A stretch of 63,981 nucleotides of DNA, counting the filler, from Octopus bimaculoides (taxonomy: Eukaryota): assembly GCF_001194135.2 (NCBI RefSeq). It is 5 parts of 5 records of this genome, joined end to end, with 100 filler letters (N's around TTAATTAATTAA, not from the genome) between each part and the next. Parts side by side here need not be neighbours in the genome. Positions count along the whole stretch, not along the records: positions 30,059 to 53,033 come from NC_068998.1; 4 more parts are not named here. The stretch is one strand, 5' to 3'. Shown here one piece after another: positions 37,113 through 49,299 of the stretch (position 1 is its first letter; the number at the start of each line of letters is the position of its first letter). A model generated the notes under the pieces. The model was not told the origin of the DNA and ran no database searches. It saw only the letters and a program-made list of their open reading frames with translations. A program made the position numbers and the translations under genes.

Positions 37113-37469
37113 GCTAGTTCACCACTTTGTCTCTATAAAAATATTAAAAGAAAATTTAAGTTTTTCATTAATAAGCTGTTAGCTGAAACTTGAAGGCCTA
37201 GTCAAAACTATTTTAATAATGAATTTGATTCTAAAATTAGTATTGTGTTTTGCCATCAGTAAATGTTTTGCTATTTTTCTTAAAATTCTTCTAACATAAC
37301 CAAAAACTTAATATCTAATACATGTAGTGAATTATTTATTTGTAAACACATGTCAGTGGTGGGAGAAAGAGAAAGAAGCCAAGAAGGGAGAAACAGAGAG
37401 GAAGCACAGAAATAGTTAGACAGATAGACAGATACAATGGAGACGTTTTCAAAAGAGAGAAAGAGAGAG

Positions 37470-37536
<67 letters not shown>

Positions 37537-37619
37537 TAGGCAAACAAGCAGGAATAAGGTAGCATTGAGACAACTCTAATTTTGATGAGAACACACTAAC
37601 CTGTTTAATGATCTTTTAA

Positions 37620-37830
37620 TCATAAAATGCACCCACTACACTCTGTAAAGTGACTGGTGTTAGGGAGGGCATCCAGACATAAAAACCATGCTAAAAACTG
37701 GAATGTATAAGTGGGACATAGTCCTTTCACCCATCTTAAATGTCAGTAACTCCGAATAAGAACTGACTGAAACCATGACAAGCCATCTACCTAAAACCAG
37801 CATAGAAAGTAGACATAAAATGATGATGAT
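37620..37830 (+). mobile_element. RTE-tail derivative
   Basis: GCACCCACTACACTCT..TTAGGGAGGGCATCCAG..TAAAATGATGATGAT. Confidence 0.6.
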
Positions 37831-39860
37831 CTCACATACACACACACACAGAAATATATAGGTATACCTGCATACTTAGATGTATGTAAATACAGATATG
37901 TTGTTCATATTTGTATGCCTTTTTTTCCATGTTAGCCTAGGTTAGATAAATATATATATATATATATAATTGACACATTTTTTCACAGTTGGATGTCCTT
38001 CCTGTCATCAGTTAAGTAAAGGATCTCTTATTCTACATATCTTTGAAAGTGCAGAGTAGCGTACGATGTATTGATAGAGAAGTGACAACAAACTTCACTA
38101 CTTGTTATTGAAAGCTTTTTCATGCAAAATATGCAGGACATAACCATACATACACACACACACACACATATATATATGTACATATGTATGTATGTATGTG
38201 TGTATGACAGATTTATTACAGTTTCAGTCAACCAAACCTATCAAACTCTTTCATAAAGCATTCATCAGCCTAGGGACTATAACAGAAGACACTCACTCAA
38301 AGTATCACAAAGTGAGACTGAACTGAAAACCATGTAGTTGAGAAGCGAACATTTTTTAACTACACAGTTATGCCATCACCTATATCAATTGATATATCTT
38401 CATTATGTGTGTGTGTGTGTGTGTGTGTGCGTGTGTGTGTCTGTGCGTGTGTGTGTGAGCGCACAGAGGAAAGAAAACTCCAAATGACCCGTCCTTGTTT
38501 TCTTTGTATCGTCTATCACCTTACTGTCTGGATGTTTTGTGTTCTTGTCCCACTTTGTATTTTATATATANNNNNNNNNNNNNNNNNNNNNNNNNNNNNN
38601 NNNNNNNNNNNNNNNNNNNNNNNNNNNNNNNNNNNNNNNNNNNNNNNNNNNNNNNNNNNNNNNNNNNNNNNNNNNNNNNNNNNNNNNNNNNNNNNNNNNN
38701 NNNNNNNNNNNNNNNNNNNNNNNNNNNNNNNNNNNNNNNNNNNNNNNNNNNNNNNNNNNNNNNNNNNNNNNNNNNNNNNNNNNNNNNNNNNNNNNNNNNN
38801 NNNNNNNNNNNNNNNNNNNNNNNNNNNNNNNNNNNNNNNNNNNNNNNNNNNNNNNNNNNNNNNNNNNNNNNNNNNNNNNNNNNNNNNNNNNNNNNNNNNN
38901 NNNNNNNNNNNNNNNNNNNNNNNNNNNNNNNNNNNNNNNNNNNNNNNNNNNNNNNNNNNNNNNNNNNNNNNNNNNNNNNNNNNNNNNNNNNNNNNNNNNN
39001 NNNNNNNNNNNNNNNNNNNNNNNNNNNNNNNNNNNNNNNNNNNNNNNNNNNNNNNNNNNNNNNNNNNNNNNNNNNNNNNNATATATATATATATATATAT
39101 ATACAGAAGTATATCTATATACTAAAATGTATGTAATTATATACATACAAGCACACACATTCACACATGTGCACACACACACACATATATTGAGTAATTA
39201 ACTGTTTGAGTGTTACAGAAGAAGGAAAGAGACAAATTGGACATGAGAATAAGCGCGTAAAGATTATTTTCTTGTTTTTGGTATTGGTTTTAGTAGTATA
39301 ATTGTGTTAATGACATTATTGTCACTACTGCTGTTGTTAGTGCTGACATTATGTTATTTTTATGTCATTTTTGCTGTTGTTTGGGCACTTGCTATTGTTC
39401 ATTGATTTGTTATTATAATATTTCTGTGCTCTCCTTATTTTGCCTCTATCTCTGATCCCTCAATTTATGTACAAATTATCTCTCAAAATTTCAATCATCC
39501 TTTCCCCTATGTATTTGTAATGTTTCCATTTTTTTTTTTTTTAATAAAACAAATATTTGTGTGGTTGTATATGTTTACATGTGTCTAAACAAGAGTCTAT
39601 TTACATAGAAAACAAATGTGTGTATATAAATTATGTATGTAAATGTCAGTGTATATGCTTACAGGTATGTATACATTTGCAGGTGCATTTGGGGAATCAC
39701 ATAAATGTGTACATAATATGTCTACGTCCATGTATATCTTGTTTGTAGTGCATGATGTTTACATGTGTTCATGTATCATAACCAGGCATTTACCACCACC
39801 ACCACAACTCTCCCTTGTCTGGATGGTAAGTCATTCAGTGAGTTAAAATTCACTTAGATA

Positions 39861-40705
39861 TCACACTACAAGAGGTGTTCGTTCACCACCAGCTCCCCCA
39901 ACTTGGTTAGTGTTATTTGAGTCAGTCTCAGAGTGGATTGTAGTGCTGGTAGCAACAGCATCAGCAGGGTTAGCGACAGTAGAGTTATCACAATCAGCAC
40001 AACCATCACCTTCATCACAATCTTCTTCCTCTTCTTCTTCGTTGTTTGGAAGTAGAAGCTTTCTTGTCTCCATGTTGTTGTCATTGCTACTGTGATGGTG
40101 ATGATGATGATGAGCATCACCTCCTCCACTGCTGCTGACATCTCCACTGCTGATGATGCCACTAGCTTCCTTCACCTCATGAGAAGATAAATTCTGCTTC
40201 AAATTTGAAATGTAGCCTGACGACACAGACTTCTGCATGGGCACTGCCCCTGATGATGCAACTGCTGATGATGCTGACACTGCTGCTTCTTTCATAACAT
40301 TTACTGAACTGCTGCTGCCTCCAGCAATTACACCACTACTACATTTGCCACTGAAGTAATTATATTTATGAATTGTTCCATCTGAAGCACGTCTACTGTT
40401 AGAGCTGAATGATGACCCATCATCTTCCACTGTAGGCTTCCAAAGGGCATGACTATGTCCATTATGAGATGATTTAGTTTTGTTCAACTCCTGCTTAAAT
40501 GTCTCAGCTTCAATCTGGGATGCCAATGACTCCCGCTTCTGACCAAATAGTGTTGCCCGTCGAGCTGCTATGTATTTCCCACGAGGAATCAACAAATATT
40601 GAAGATCAGTGAGTGCTTTTACTGAGTAATCAGGGGTGTAGGGTTCTTGTTTTATCACTTCACTTCCAAAGGAACTTCCAGGGGAAATAACTGATCTTGG
40701 GACGT
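39861..40705 (-). CDS. CNNM: CNNM-family (cyclin M / Unextended-like) metal transporter, terminal coding exon
   Basis: Acceptor ttttctcattctttcag|AC at 40705, open to TGA at 39861-39863. YTPDYSVKALTDLQYLLIPRGKYIAARRATLF matches the end of the CNNM cyclic-nucleotide-binding-homology domain (vertebrate pattern YxPDxSVRALSDLQFVKI, recalled). A low-complexity tail follows. The paralog cannot be assigned. Confidence 0.9.
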
Positions 40706-40840
40706 CTGAAAGAATGAGAAAAGGAAAGAAAAATAATTATTGATTCAAACATACAAATTTAAGTAACACCAATGTATTACTGGTGTTTATCATTTCCCAC
40801 TTACTGTCACTTGTTAATGGAGCCCTTACTATCATCATAG

Positions 40841-41211
40841 TGGCACTCCGTCGGTAACGACGACAAGAGTTCCAGTTGATCCGATCAATGGAACAGCCTG
40901 CTTACAAAATCAACATGCAAGTGGCTGAGCACTCCACAGACACATGTACCCTTAATGTAGTTCTCAGGGAGATTCAGCATGACATAGAGTGTGACAAGGC
41001 TGGCCTTTTGAAATACAGGTACAGCAGAAACAGGAAGAAAGAGTGAGAGAAAGTGGTGGTAAAAGAGTACAGCAGGGGTCACCACTACCAGCTGCTGGAG
41101 CCTCGTGAAGCTTTAGATGTTTAATAAACACTCACAACACCTGGTCTGGGAATTGAAACCGCAATCCTATGACCGTGAGTCCGCTGCCCTAACCATTAGG
41201 TCATTGCGCTT
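40841..41211 (-). mobile_element. tRNA-headed SINE with a 12-bp target-site duplication, in the last CNNM intron
   Basis: Head GAAGCGCAATGACCTAATGGTTAGGGCAGCGGAC..GGTTTCAATTCC (A and B boxes). CTATCATCATAG occurs at both 40829-40840 and 41212-41223. Confidence 0.88.
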
Positions 41212-42917
41212 CTATCATCATAGATAACAGGTGAAAATAGTTATATTCAAAAAGTAATTATTTCTTTAGTTTTGAGTACAACTATACATGCAATATTTTC
41301 AACAACAGATATAATTTGAGTTCAGTAAAGGAAGACAATGCTTCAAGAAGACAGGAACCCTTGTTTATTTTTAACTAATAGCATTCTTATTTCCTCCTGG
41401 CTAAGCATAAAATAGATAAATAGCAATTTATTGGTAGACTTGTTAAGCTAAGTTTTATCCAATGCAATTTATCATACTATTGATTTCAGACAAAATCTGA
41501 AGAACCTACTTCTTAAATTCTGTGAGTGGTCAAGTGAAATCCTTCCAACACTGACAACATTTTGCAATCTGTTGCATGCAGTGAAAAAATCATTATCACC
41601 ATTTCATGCGGAACAAGACAAGTGAATGTACAAAGAAATTTCAAACTAATTTGACATTTTGATAACTTAATGTGCTAGATTAGTTTTTGAGTTGAAAACT
41701 AATATGAAAGAAAGCTAAATAACTGTGATTTTCATCTCACAGAATGAAATCAACAGTGTTAAGAAGAATTTAACCTTCATATAGCCCAACATCTATGAGC
41801 AAACCCTGCATTTCAAGGGAAAATTGCAATCTAGGATGTGAGTAGATGTTAGCCTGTAAGGTGAATTCAGAAAATGCAAAGTATCAAACTAAAAACTCAA
41901 AATCCAGTGATTCTAGTTGGATTTTATAGTTTCTGGCTTAACAATTTATTATTTAATTTCATGTGATTAAGAGCAAAATATTATAGATGAATAAAATAAC
42001 TGCAAATTCACATTCATCTATATAATATGCATGACTGTTATCAAAGCAAAATTTTTATTGATTGTTGTATGGAATAACTACAATCATTTATAATTAAAAA
42101 GATGAAAGCAATATTTAGAATCTTATCAAACTCCACCTGCTGGGTTAAGCTAAGTTCTCTTTCTCTTGTTCCCTCCCCATCTCTCTTTCATTAATTATAG
42201 ATTTTTATGGATTTGTGGCTTAATTGCTGGACTACTATCCAGATTCTAAGGTGTTTAAGCTTTGCAAGAAACACTGCTATTTCTCTTCTCGGACAAAGCA
42301 TAACACTACTTGCTCCAGTTTGCTCTGGACAAGAACAAACCTGTAATACATCTATCTCTCAGTTGAGTATCACCAGTTTATGGCTAGCAGCTAGTCATTG
42401 CACTGTGTGCCCTAAACAAGGCTATTATTACACTGTTTGTATTTATATGCAAGATACCAAATATAAGGCTTGTTTTAGGTAAATGCAGCTATCATAATTT
42501 ACATGCAAATCTTAAGTTTTGCAAAAAACATTCCACACTCACTAGTGACAAAGGTGTGGAGTGGAGTGCAAAAAATGAAGGAAACAATCATTCAGAAGGA
42601 AGATTTAGAGGTTTTCTATTATGTAGTTGGTATCAAAGATTTGTCTTGTCACCACATAAGAGAACAACATACATTCCCTTGAAACACTATGTTAGCTGCC
42701 CTTGTCTCACAAACCTCTATAATGACTATTACAATTTGGAAGATTCTATGCAATATGGACAACAGACAAAAAAGAAAATGAAAGATATCAACAGAATTGC
42801 TGGTCAATATGACATACAGTACTATATCTTCAGGTACTATATCTTTAGAGTTTTAATAAGATACACAGCAGCAAAATTAATCCCAGCCTAATATACCATC
42901 ATAACACAGTAAAACTG

Positions 42918-43145
42918 TTAACTCTTTAGCATTCAGATTATTCTGTCAAATGTAAAGCTTATGTATTTTCACCAATTTGAATTAATCCTGCATTATTTCA
43001 TGGCTTTGTGATTTCAACAATGTGATTGTTTATATTTAAAATGACACTGTAAGGTAGCTATGAAAGACCATATCTGACAAGTTTTAACTTAAAACAGGTA
43101 GAATATTTTGGCTGGATATGGCCAGTTTAAATACTAAAGGGTTAA
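42918..43145. mobile_element. TTAA-flanked (piggyBac-like) MITE
   Basis: TTAA-CTCTTTAGCATT...AATACTAAAGGG-TTAA. Confidence 0.8.
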
Positions 43146-43454
43146 AAGAAAAAGCAGAGGGGAATAGGGAGGAGATGGAGAGAATGAAAAAGAGAGGTAT
43201 AAAGGAAAATGTGAAGAGTAGGGGAAAGAAGAGAATAGAGAAGGAAAGTTGAGATAAGAAAGAAAAGAACAAAGGGAAAGGAAATAGAAAATGGAAAGGA
43301 AGAAGGGAGAGAATGAGAGAAGAGACTTAAAAAAGTTTTAAAAAACCCCAACATACAAACACATAAACCCAGCAAACTAATTTCATCCAACATACACACA
43401 CCAAAACACATACAAACCAATACTCCAAACAACCAAAATACCATAATTACTTAC

Positions 43455-43538
43455 TCATTAGTGCTTCCACTCCATAATATGAAAATGGTCCACCATCAAA
43501 GACCATATGTTCCTTTCCAACAATTACATTTACATGTC
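43455..43538 (-). CDS. CNNM: CNNM-family transporter, internal exon (84 nt)
   Basis: Acceptor tatttctttttcccag|GA and donor A|gtaagt. Translates (G)HVNVIVGKEHMVFDGGPFSYYGVEALM, homologous to the CNNM CNBH segment [27 protein letters not shown] (recalled). Phase 1/1, in frame with the 40705 exon. Confidence 0.9.
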
Positions 43539-44214
43539 CTGGGAAAAAGAAATAACAGAGATTATATTATGATTGCTGCTGCTGCTGCATGCTTCAGCTG
43601 TTACAACAAAGCATAGTTCCAGTTGCCTCAGATGGGATACATTCTTTTCTAATCATTTGATCTTCTTTTTTAATATGTCTGGGTTTCAAGTATGTTAAAA
43701 GTTAACCCTTCCATCAGAATTTTTATGCAATAACTTTTTGTTAAGTTTCATTTCAAACATCAGCTTCACATATATTATTAAATGCAACTAAATTCTTGAT
43801 TGCTTTCAAAACAAATAGAACTACATAGCCAGTGTATTTTATAAACAATACAGCTGTAAAGAAGGGTAATGTGGTGTACTAAAAATGCTATTTTTTGCAT
43901 TTGTATTGTCACTACTGTTTCAGTCACTTGCTATTTCTTATACTTGTGAACTCTTATCAGTGTTATGATACATGATTTAAAATATCACGTGTTTGTGTGC
44001 TATGAGAAAAGCTAAATTCTGAAAGTTTCAGCAAAACCCTTCTTTGAGGATATCAAGTGGCTAGGGAAGATAATTAAGATTAAATAGGTGACAAAAAAAG
44101 AAGCTGACATGGTAGCTTGAAGAATCTGTCTATTTTTGCATGCAGACATAATACACATATGTCTGTACATACATATAGAAACAAGAAGTAGTTAATACAT
44201 TGCATATTTTATAT

Positions 44215-44316
44215 TCAGAGGATAACTATGGACAACTGCTTTGAAACCTTCAACATTTTTATTTAGATTATGAATTCACATTTATACCCATTGTAATTGG
44301 TGCTCTTGGTCTTGTG
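44215..44316 (+). mobile_element. R4/Dong-like RLE LINE C-terminal fragment (left part, interrupted by the RTE)
   Basis: Reads EDNYGQLL*NLQHFYLDYEFTFIPIVIGALGLV, homologous to 48680-48790 (ENNYAKLLRNL..DYKFKFISVTIGALGYV). Confidence 0.65.
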
Positions 44317-47300
44317 AGCTCCCCGTCCCAGGGTCTCACGGGCCCATACCTCCCACACCCTCAGGGTTGGCACTCTCAACGCTGGCACACTGAAAGGTAG
44401 GTCTGGTGAAATTGTTGAGATGCTTGAACGGAGATGTGTTGATATCTGCTGCCTCCGAGAAGTAAGGTGGAGAGGAGGTTCGGTTAGATTCCTCACAGGC
44501 AAAGAACACAGGTATAAGATTTTCTGGGCAGGGAACACAGACGGGGTCGGGGGCATGGGTATACTTCTTGCAGAGAAATGGGTGGATAAAGTAATCGAGG
44601 TAGTCAGAGTATGCGATAGAATACTTAAGATTAGATTAGTCCTTCATCATGGGTTAGCAACTATTTTCTTGGCCTATGCCCCTCAGCCCGGGCTACCTGA
44701 TGGACAGAAAGACCGATTTTATGATACCCTCTTGCAGACTACCTCATCGACGAATAACAGGGACCTTCTCTTTGTGGCTGGTGATTTCAATGGACATGTT
44801 GGACAACATTCAAAGGGCTTCCATGGCATACATGGAAGCTATGGTTTTGGTTCCCGCAATGAGGATGGAACCAGGCTGCTGGAGTTCTGTGATGCAAATG
44901 ACCTTATGGTTTGCAATACTAACTTCAGGAAACCTGCCAGACACCTAGTCACCTACCGTTCTGNNNNNNNNNNGGTTTGCAATACTAACTTCAGGAAACC
45001 TGCCAGACACCTAGTCACCTACCGTTCTGGCAGACACACTAGCCAAATTGACTACATCCTCACCAGGAAAGGGGAAAGATGACTGCTTATAAATGCCAAA
45101 ACTTTCTCAGGTGAAGAATGTACCCCACAACATAGACTAGTAGTTAGTGACTTCAGGATCAGGGCTAAGTGGTTGCCCAGAAGACGACCAGCATGGAGGA
45201 GAAGGAAGCTCAAAGATCTTGCAAATGGACAGAGATTTAGAGACTTATTACTCGAAGCCTTTGACAAAATAGAAGAGGATATAGCTTCACACAATGTAGA
45301 AGACAACTGCAGGTTTCTACGAGACAACCTGCTGAGGGCCACAGACCAGATCTGTGGATGGTGCAAAGTCCCATATCGACGCAAAGTAACGTGGTGGTGG
45401 AACAATGTTGTTGACAGGGCTATTAGACAAAAGAAACAGGCTTGGAAGGACTGGAAGAACGGTGGTAGCAGGGAATTGTATCAGACTGCCAGAAGGGAAG
45501 CTAAACGACAGGTTTATTTAGCCAGAGGGGAAGCAGATGAGACAAAATTTGCCAATGTTCTGCGCCGTGAGGACCAAAGACTTGAGGTATTTTGTGTTGC
45601 AAGATGGTGTGTGAGAGAGAATCGTGATGTTGTAGGAGAGAAATGTGTTCGCATGGCTGATGGTACACTTGCACTAAACGAGGCTGCAAAGAGAGAGGTT
45701 TGGAGAGACACCACTATGAAAGGTTACTCAATAAAGAGAATAAATGTGAGAAAGAGAGTCTGCTGAATGTTGACCCAACAGAGGGACCAGCTATCCGAGT
45801 TGACAGTACCATGGTAGATAAAGCAATTAAGAGTATGAAGACAGGGAAAGCCCCCGGCCCATCAGGAATCACTGTAGAGATGCTCAAAATATCTGACAGT
45901 GTTGGCTATAGTCTAGTCACCTGTATTGTTAACCAGGTGATACACAAAGGAGTTATACGCAATGACTGGTGTAGCAGCACCATAGTCAACTGCTACAAAG
46001 GTAAAGGTGACGCTTTAGATACAAATAATTACAGAGATATCAAATTGTTGGATCAGGTAATGCAAGTCACAGAGATGGTCAGAGACCAACTGATTAAGGA
46101 GAGAATCAGTTTAGATGAGATGCAGTTTGGGTTCGTGCCAGGGAAAAGCACCACTGGTGCTATATTTCTGGTAAACAGCTACAGGAGAAATACCTAACCA
46201 AATATAAACCTCTGTACCTGGCTTTCGTTGACATGGAAAAAGCCTTTGACAGGGTCCCCCGATCCCTTATCTGGTGATCAATGAGGAAACTAGGGATAGA
46301 AGAATGGTTAGTGAGAGTTGTGTGAGCCATGTACAGAGACACTGTCAGTAAGGTGAGGGTTGGCAACAAGTACAGTGAAGAACTCCGAGTAGAGGTAGGG
46401 GTCCACCAAGGTTCAGTCCTCAGCCCCCTCCTATTTATCATAGTCCTCCAGGCAATAACACAGGAATTGAAGACAGGATGCCCCTGGGAGCTCCTCTATG
46501 CTGATGACCTTGAACTAATTGCTGAGTCACTATCAGAACTAGAGGAGAAGTTTCAGGTGTGGAAGCAAAGACTAGAATGGAAGGGCCTTAGAGTCAACCT
46601 AGCTAAAACCAAAGTCCTAATAAGTAGGAAGGTAGACAAAACACAAACCCCTTCAGGTAGATGGCCCTGCTCGATCTGTAGAAAAGGCGCAGGTAGAAAC
46701 TCTATAAGATGTATCCAGTGTAAGCTATGGACACATAAGAGGTGCAGCAATATCAAAGGAAGGCTAACTAGGAAGTTACTCTTTGTATGTGGCAGATGTT
46801 CAGTTGCAATAAACACTGAAAATGTGCAAAAAACAACTTCTGCCACATTCCAGGGAGAAAAACTAGACATAGTCGATAGCTTCCGCTATCTAGGTGACCA
46901 AGTTAGTAGTGAGGGTGGGTGCGCTGAAAGTGTAGCTGCTAGAATAAAAATAGCCTGGGCAAAGTTCAGAGAGCTCTTACCTCAGCTGGTGACAAAGGGC
47001 CTCTCACTCAGAGTAAAAGGCAGACTGTATGATGCATGTGTACGAACAGCCATAATACATGGCAGTGAAACATGGGCCGTGACTGCTGAGGACATGTGTA
47101 AGCTCACAAGGAATGAAGCCAGTATGCTCCGATGGATGTTTAATGTCAGTGTGCATACTCGACAGAGCGTAAGTACCTTGAGAGAAAAGTTGAACCTAAG
47201 AAGCATCAGTTGTGGTGNNNNNNNNNNNNNNNNNNNNNNNNNNNNNNNNNNNNNNNNNNNNNNNNNNNNNNNNNNNNNNNNNNNNNNNNNNNNNNNNNNN

Positions 47301-48189
47301 NNNNNNNNNNNNNNNNNNNNNNNNNNNNNNNNNNNNNNNNNNNNNNNNNNNNNNNNNNNNNNNNNNNNNNNNNNNNNNNNNNNNNNNNNNNNNNNNNNNN
47401 NNNNNNNNNNNNNNNNNNNNNNNNNNNNNNNNNNNNNNNNNNNNNNNNNNNNNNNNNNNNNNNNNNNNNNNNNNNNNNNNNNNNNNNNNNNNNNNNNNNN
47501 NNNNNNNNNNNNNNNNNNNNNNNNNNNNNNNNNNNNNNNNNNNNNNNNNNNNNNNNNNNNNNNNNNNNNNNNNNNNNNNNNNNNNNNNNNNNNNNNNNNN
47601 NNNNNNNNNNNNNNNNNNNNNNNNNNNNNNNNNNNNNNNNNNNNNNNNNNNNNNNNNNNNNNNNNNNNNNNNNNNNNNNNNNNNNNNNNNNNNNNNNNNN
47701 NNNNNNNNNNNNNNNNNNNNNNNNNNNNNNNNNNNNNNGTACCAATGGAGCACTAAGAGCACCGTCCAAGCGTGATCGTTGCCAGAGCAGCTGTCTGGCT
47801 TCCATGCCAGTAGCACATAAATAGCACCATTTGAGCATGATCATTACCAGCGTCGCCTTCCTGGCACTTGTGCCGGTGGCACGTAGAAAGACATTTGAGC
47901 GAGGTTGTTGCCAGTGCCGCTGGACTGGCTCCTGTGCAGGTGGCACGTAAAATACACCATTTTGAGCGTGGCCGTTGCCAGTACCACCTGACTGGCCTTC
48001 GTGCTGGTGGCACGTAAAAGCACCCACTACACTCTCGGAGTGGTTGGCGTTAGGAAGGGCACCCAGCTGTAGAAACTCTGCCAAATCAGATTGGAGGTTG
48101 GTGTAGCCATCTGGTTCGTCAGTCCTCAGTCAAATTGTCCAACCCATGCTAGCATGGAAAGTGGACGTTAAACAATGATGATGACGATG
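44317..48189 (+). mobile_element. RTE-clade LINE, near full-length (APE + RT + PHD-like finger + modular 3' UTR), antisense to CNNM
   Basis: APE: LRVGTLN..DICCLREVRW..AYAPQ..VAGDFNGHVG..SQIDYIL. RT: GKAPGPSG, NYRDIKLL, QFGFVPGKSTT, FVDMEKAFD, GVHQGSVLSP, LLYADDL, FRYLG. C4HC3 cluster at 46662-46799. Tail ends (GAT)n. Nonsense codon at 45080-45082 and frameshifts make it inactive. Gap at 47218-47738. Confidence 0.95.
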
Positions 48190-48399
48190 CAAGACTTTTT
48201 TCAAATTCAAAATGTGACATTTGTTTTTGTTATCAACATTACAATGACAGAATTTAGTAACTTTGTTAGAAACTAGCTCCTTTCTCACAGAAAAGCTTGA
48301 AATAATTAAAAAGAAACAACACACACACACACGCATGCATGTGCACACACACACGCACATGCACACACACATGCACACACACACACACTATCTTGTATA

Positions 48400-49202
48400 C
48401 ATACATACATGCATACATATGATGTAGCTAACACATTGTACAACAAAATCCATTGAAAGGATAACTCTGAGGACAAAGAAATAAGAACCCACAGTATATT
48501 GGAAGCCATAGCCACTCATAATAAAAAGGAGTAATAACGGAATGTCCCAGTGAAAACCTCAATAAAATGTAAACACAATAGACCTGATATAATGATTTGG
48601 GATAGAAAAGAGAAACTGTGTACAATTGTGGAAATCAGCTGCCCAGCGGATATTAACACAAAGCTGAAGATCAGTGAAAAAGAGAATAACTATGCTAAAC
48701 TACTGAGAAATCTGTAGTTACTCTACTCAGATTACAAGTTCAAGTTTATATCTGTAACTATTGGGGCACTAGGATATGTAACACACTGCCTAAATATCAA
48801 TCTTGAGAAATTAGGCTTCTCAAAACCAGAAAGGAGAAAGCTGGAACTGTAAAAATCTGTAAAACTTTCCAGAAGTTTATCATTTAAATATATATATGAG
48901 CATGTCTAGATATGCAAGTATATGCATGAGAATACATACATAAAACATACATACATACATACATACATACATACATACATACATACATACAAATAAAAAT
49001 ACCCTGCTGTTGATGTTGAAATTCTAATGAAGCAGCCTTGAATCTAGGTTAGAAACTGGTTCTTTCTCTATTGGTAAGAAATCTTGAAATAAACTAAATG
49101 AGTGAATGCATGCATGCATGCGTGCGTGCGTACATATGTATGTACGTACGTACATACATACATACATACATACACACATACATACATACATACATACATA
49201 CA

Positions 49203-49232
<30 letters not shown>
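48400..49232 (+). mobile_element. R4/Dong-like RLE LINE 3' end with (CATA)n arrays
   Basis: Reads NVPVKTSIKCKHNRPDIMIWDRKEKLCTIVEISCPADIN..EKENNYAKLL, a PD-(D/E)xK-type restriction-like endonuclease. The 3' UTR carries two (CATA)n blocks. Confidence 0.8.
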
Positions 49233-49233
<1 letters not shown>

Positions 49234-49299
49234 GCAACACTGATAGGATCTAATGTGAGATGAAGTGATGGAGGTAGAGGCATAAGGTCAGTCCAAACA

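Noticed and set aside
39466-39605. Pumilio-type UGUAHAUA elements in the CNNM 3' UTR (39466-39473, 39598-39605)
   Set aside because: Such octamers are expected by chance in TA/TG-rich DNA, and there is no conservation data.
44908-45029. Exact 56-bp tandem duplication in the RTE endonuclease
   Set aside because: The copies flank a 10-N gap, typical of an unmerged contig overlap.
47760-48060. CRISPR-like repeat array
   Set aside because: Units are diverged, contiguous modules of a LINE 3' UTR with no unique spacers or cas genes, in a eukaryotic context.
49024-49062. CTAATGAAG..GAAAC hammerhead-like spacing in the R4-like 3' UTR
   Set aside because: The core deviates from CUGANGA and stem II does not abut GAAA; insufficient support.
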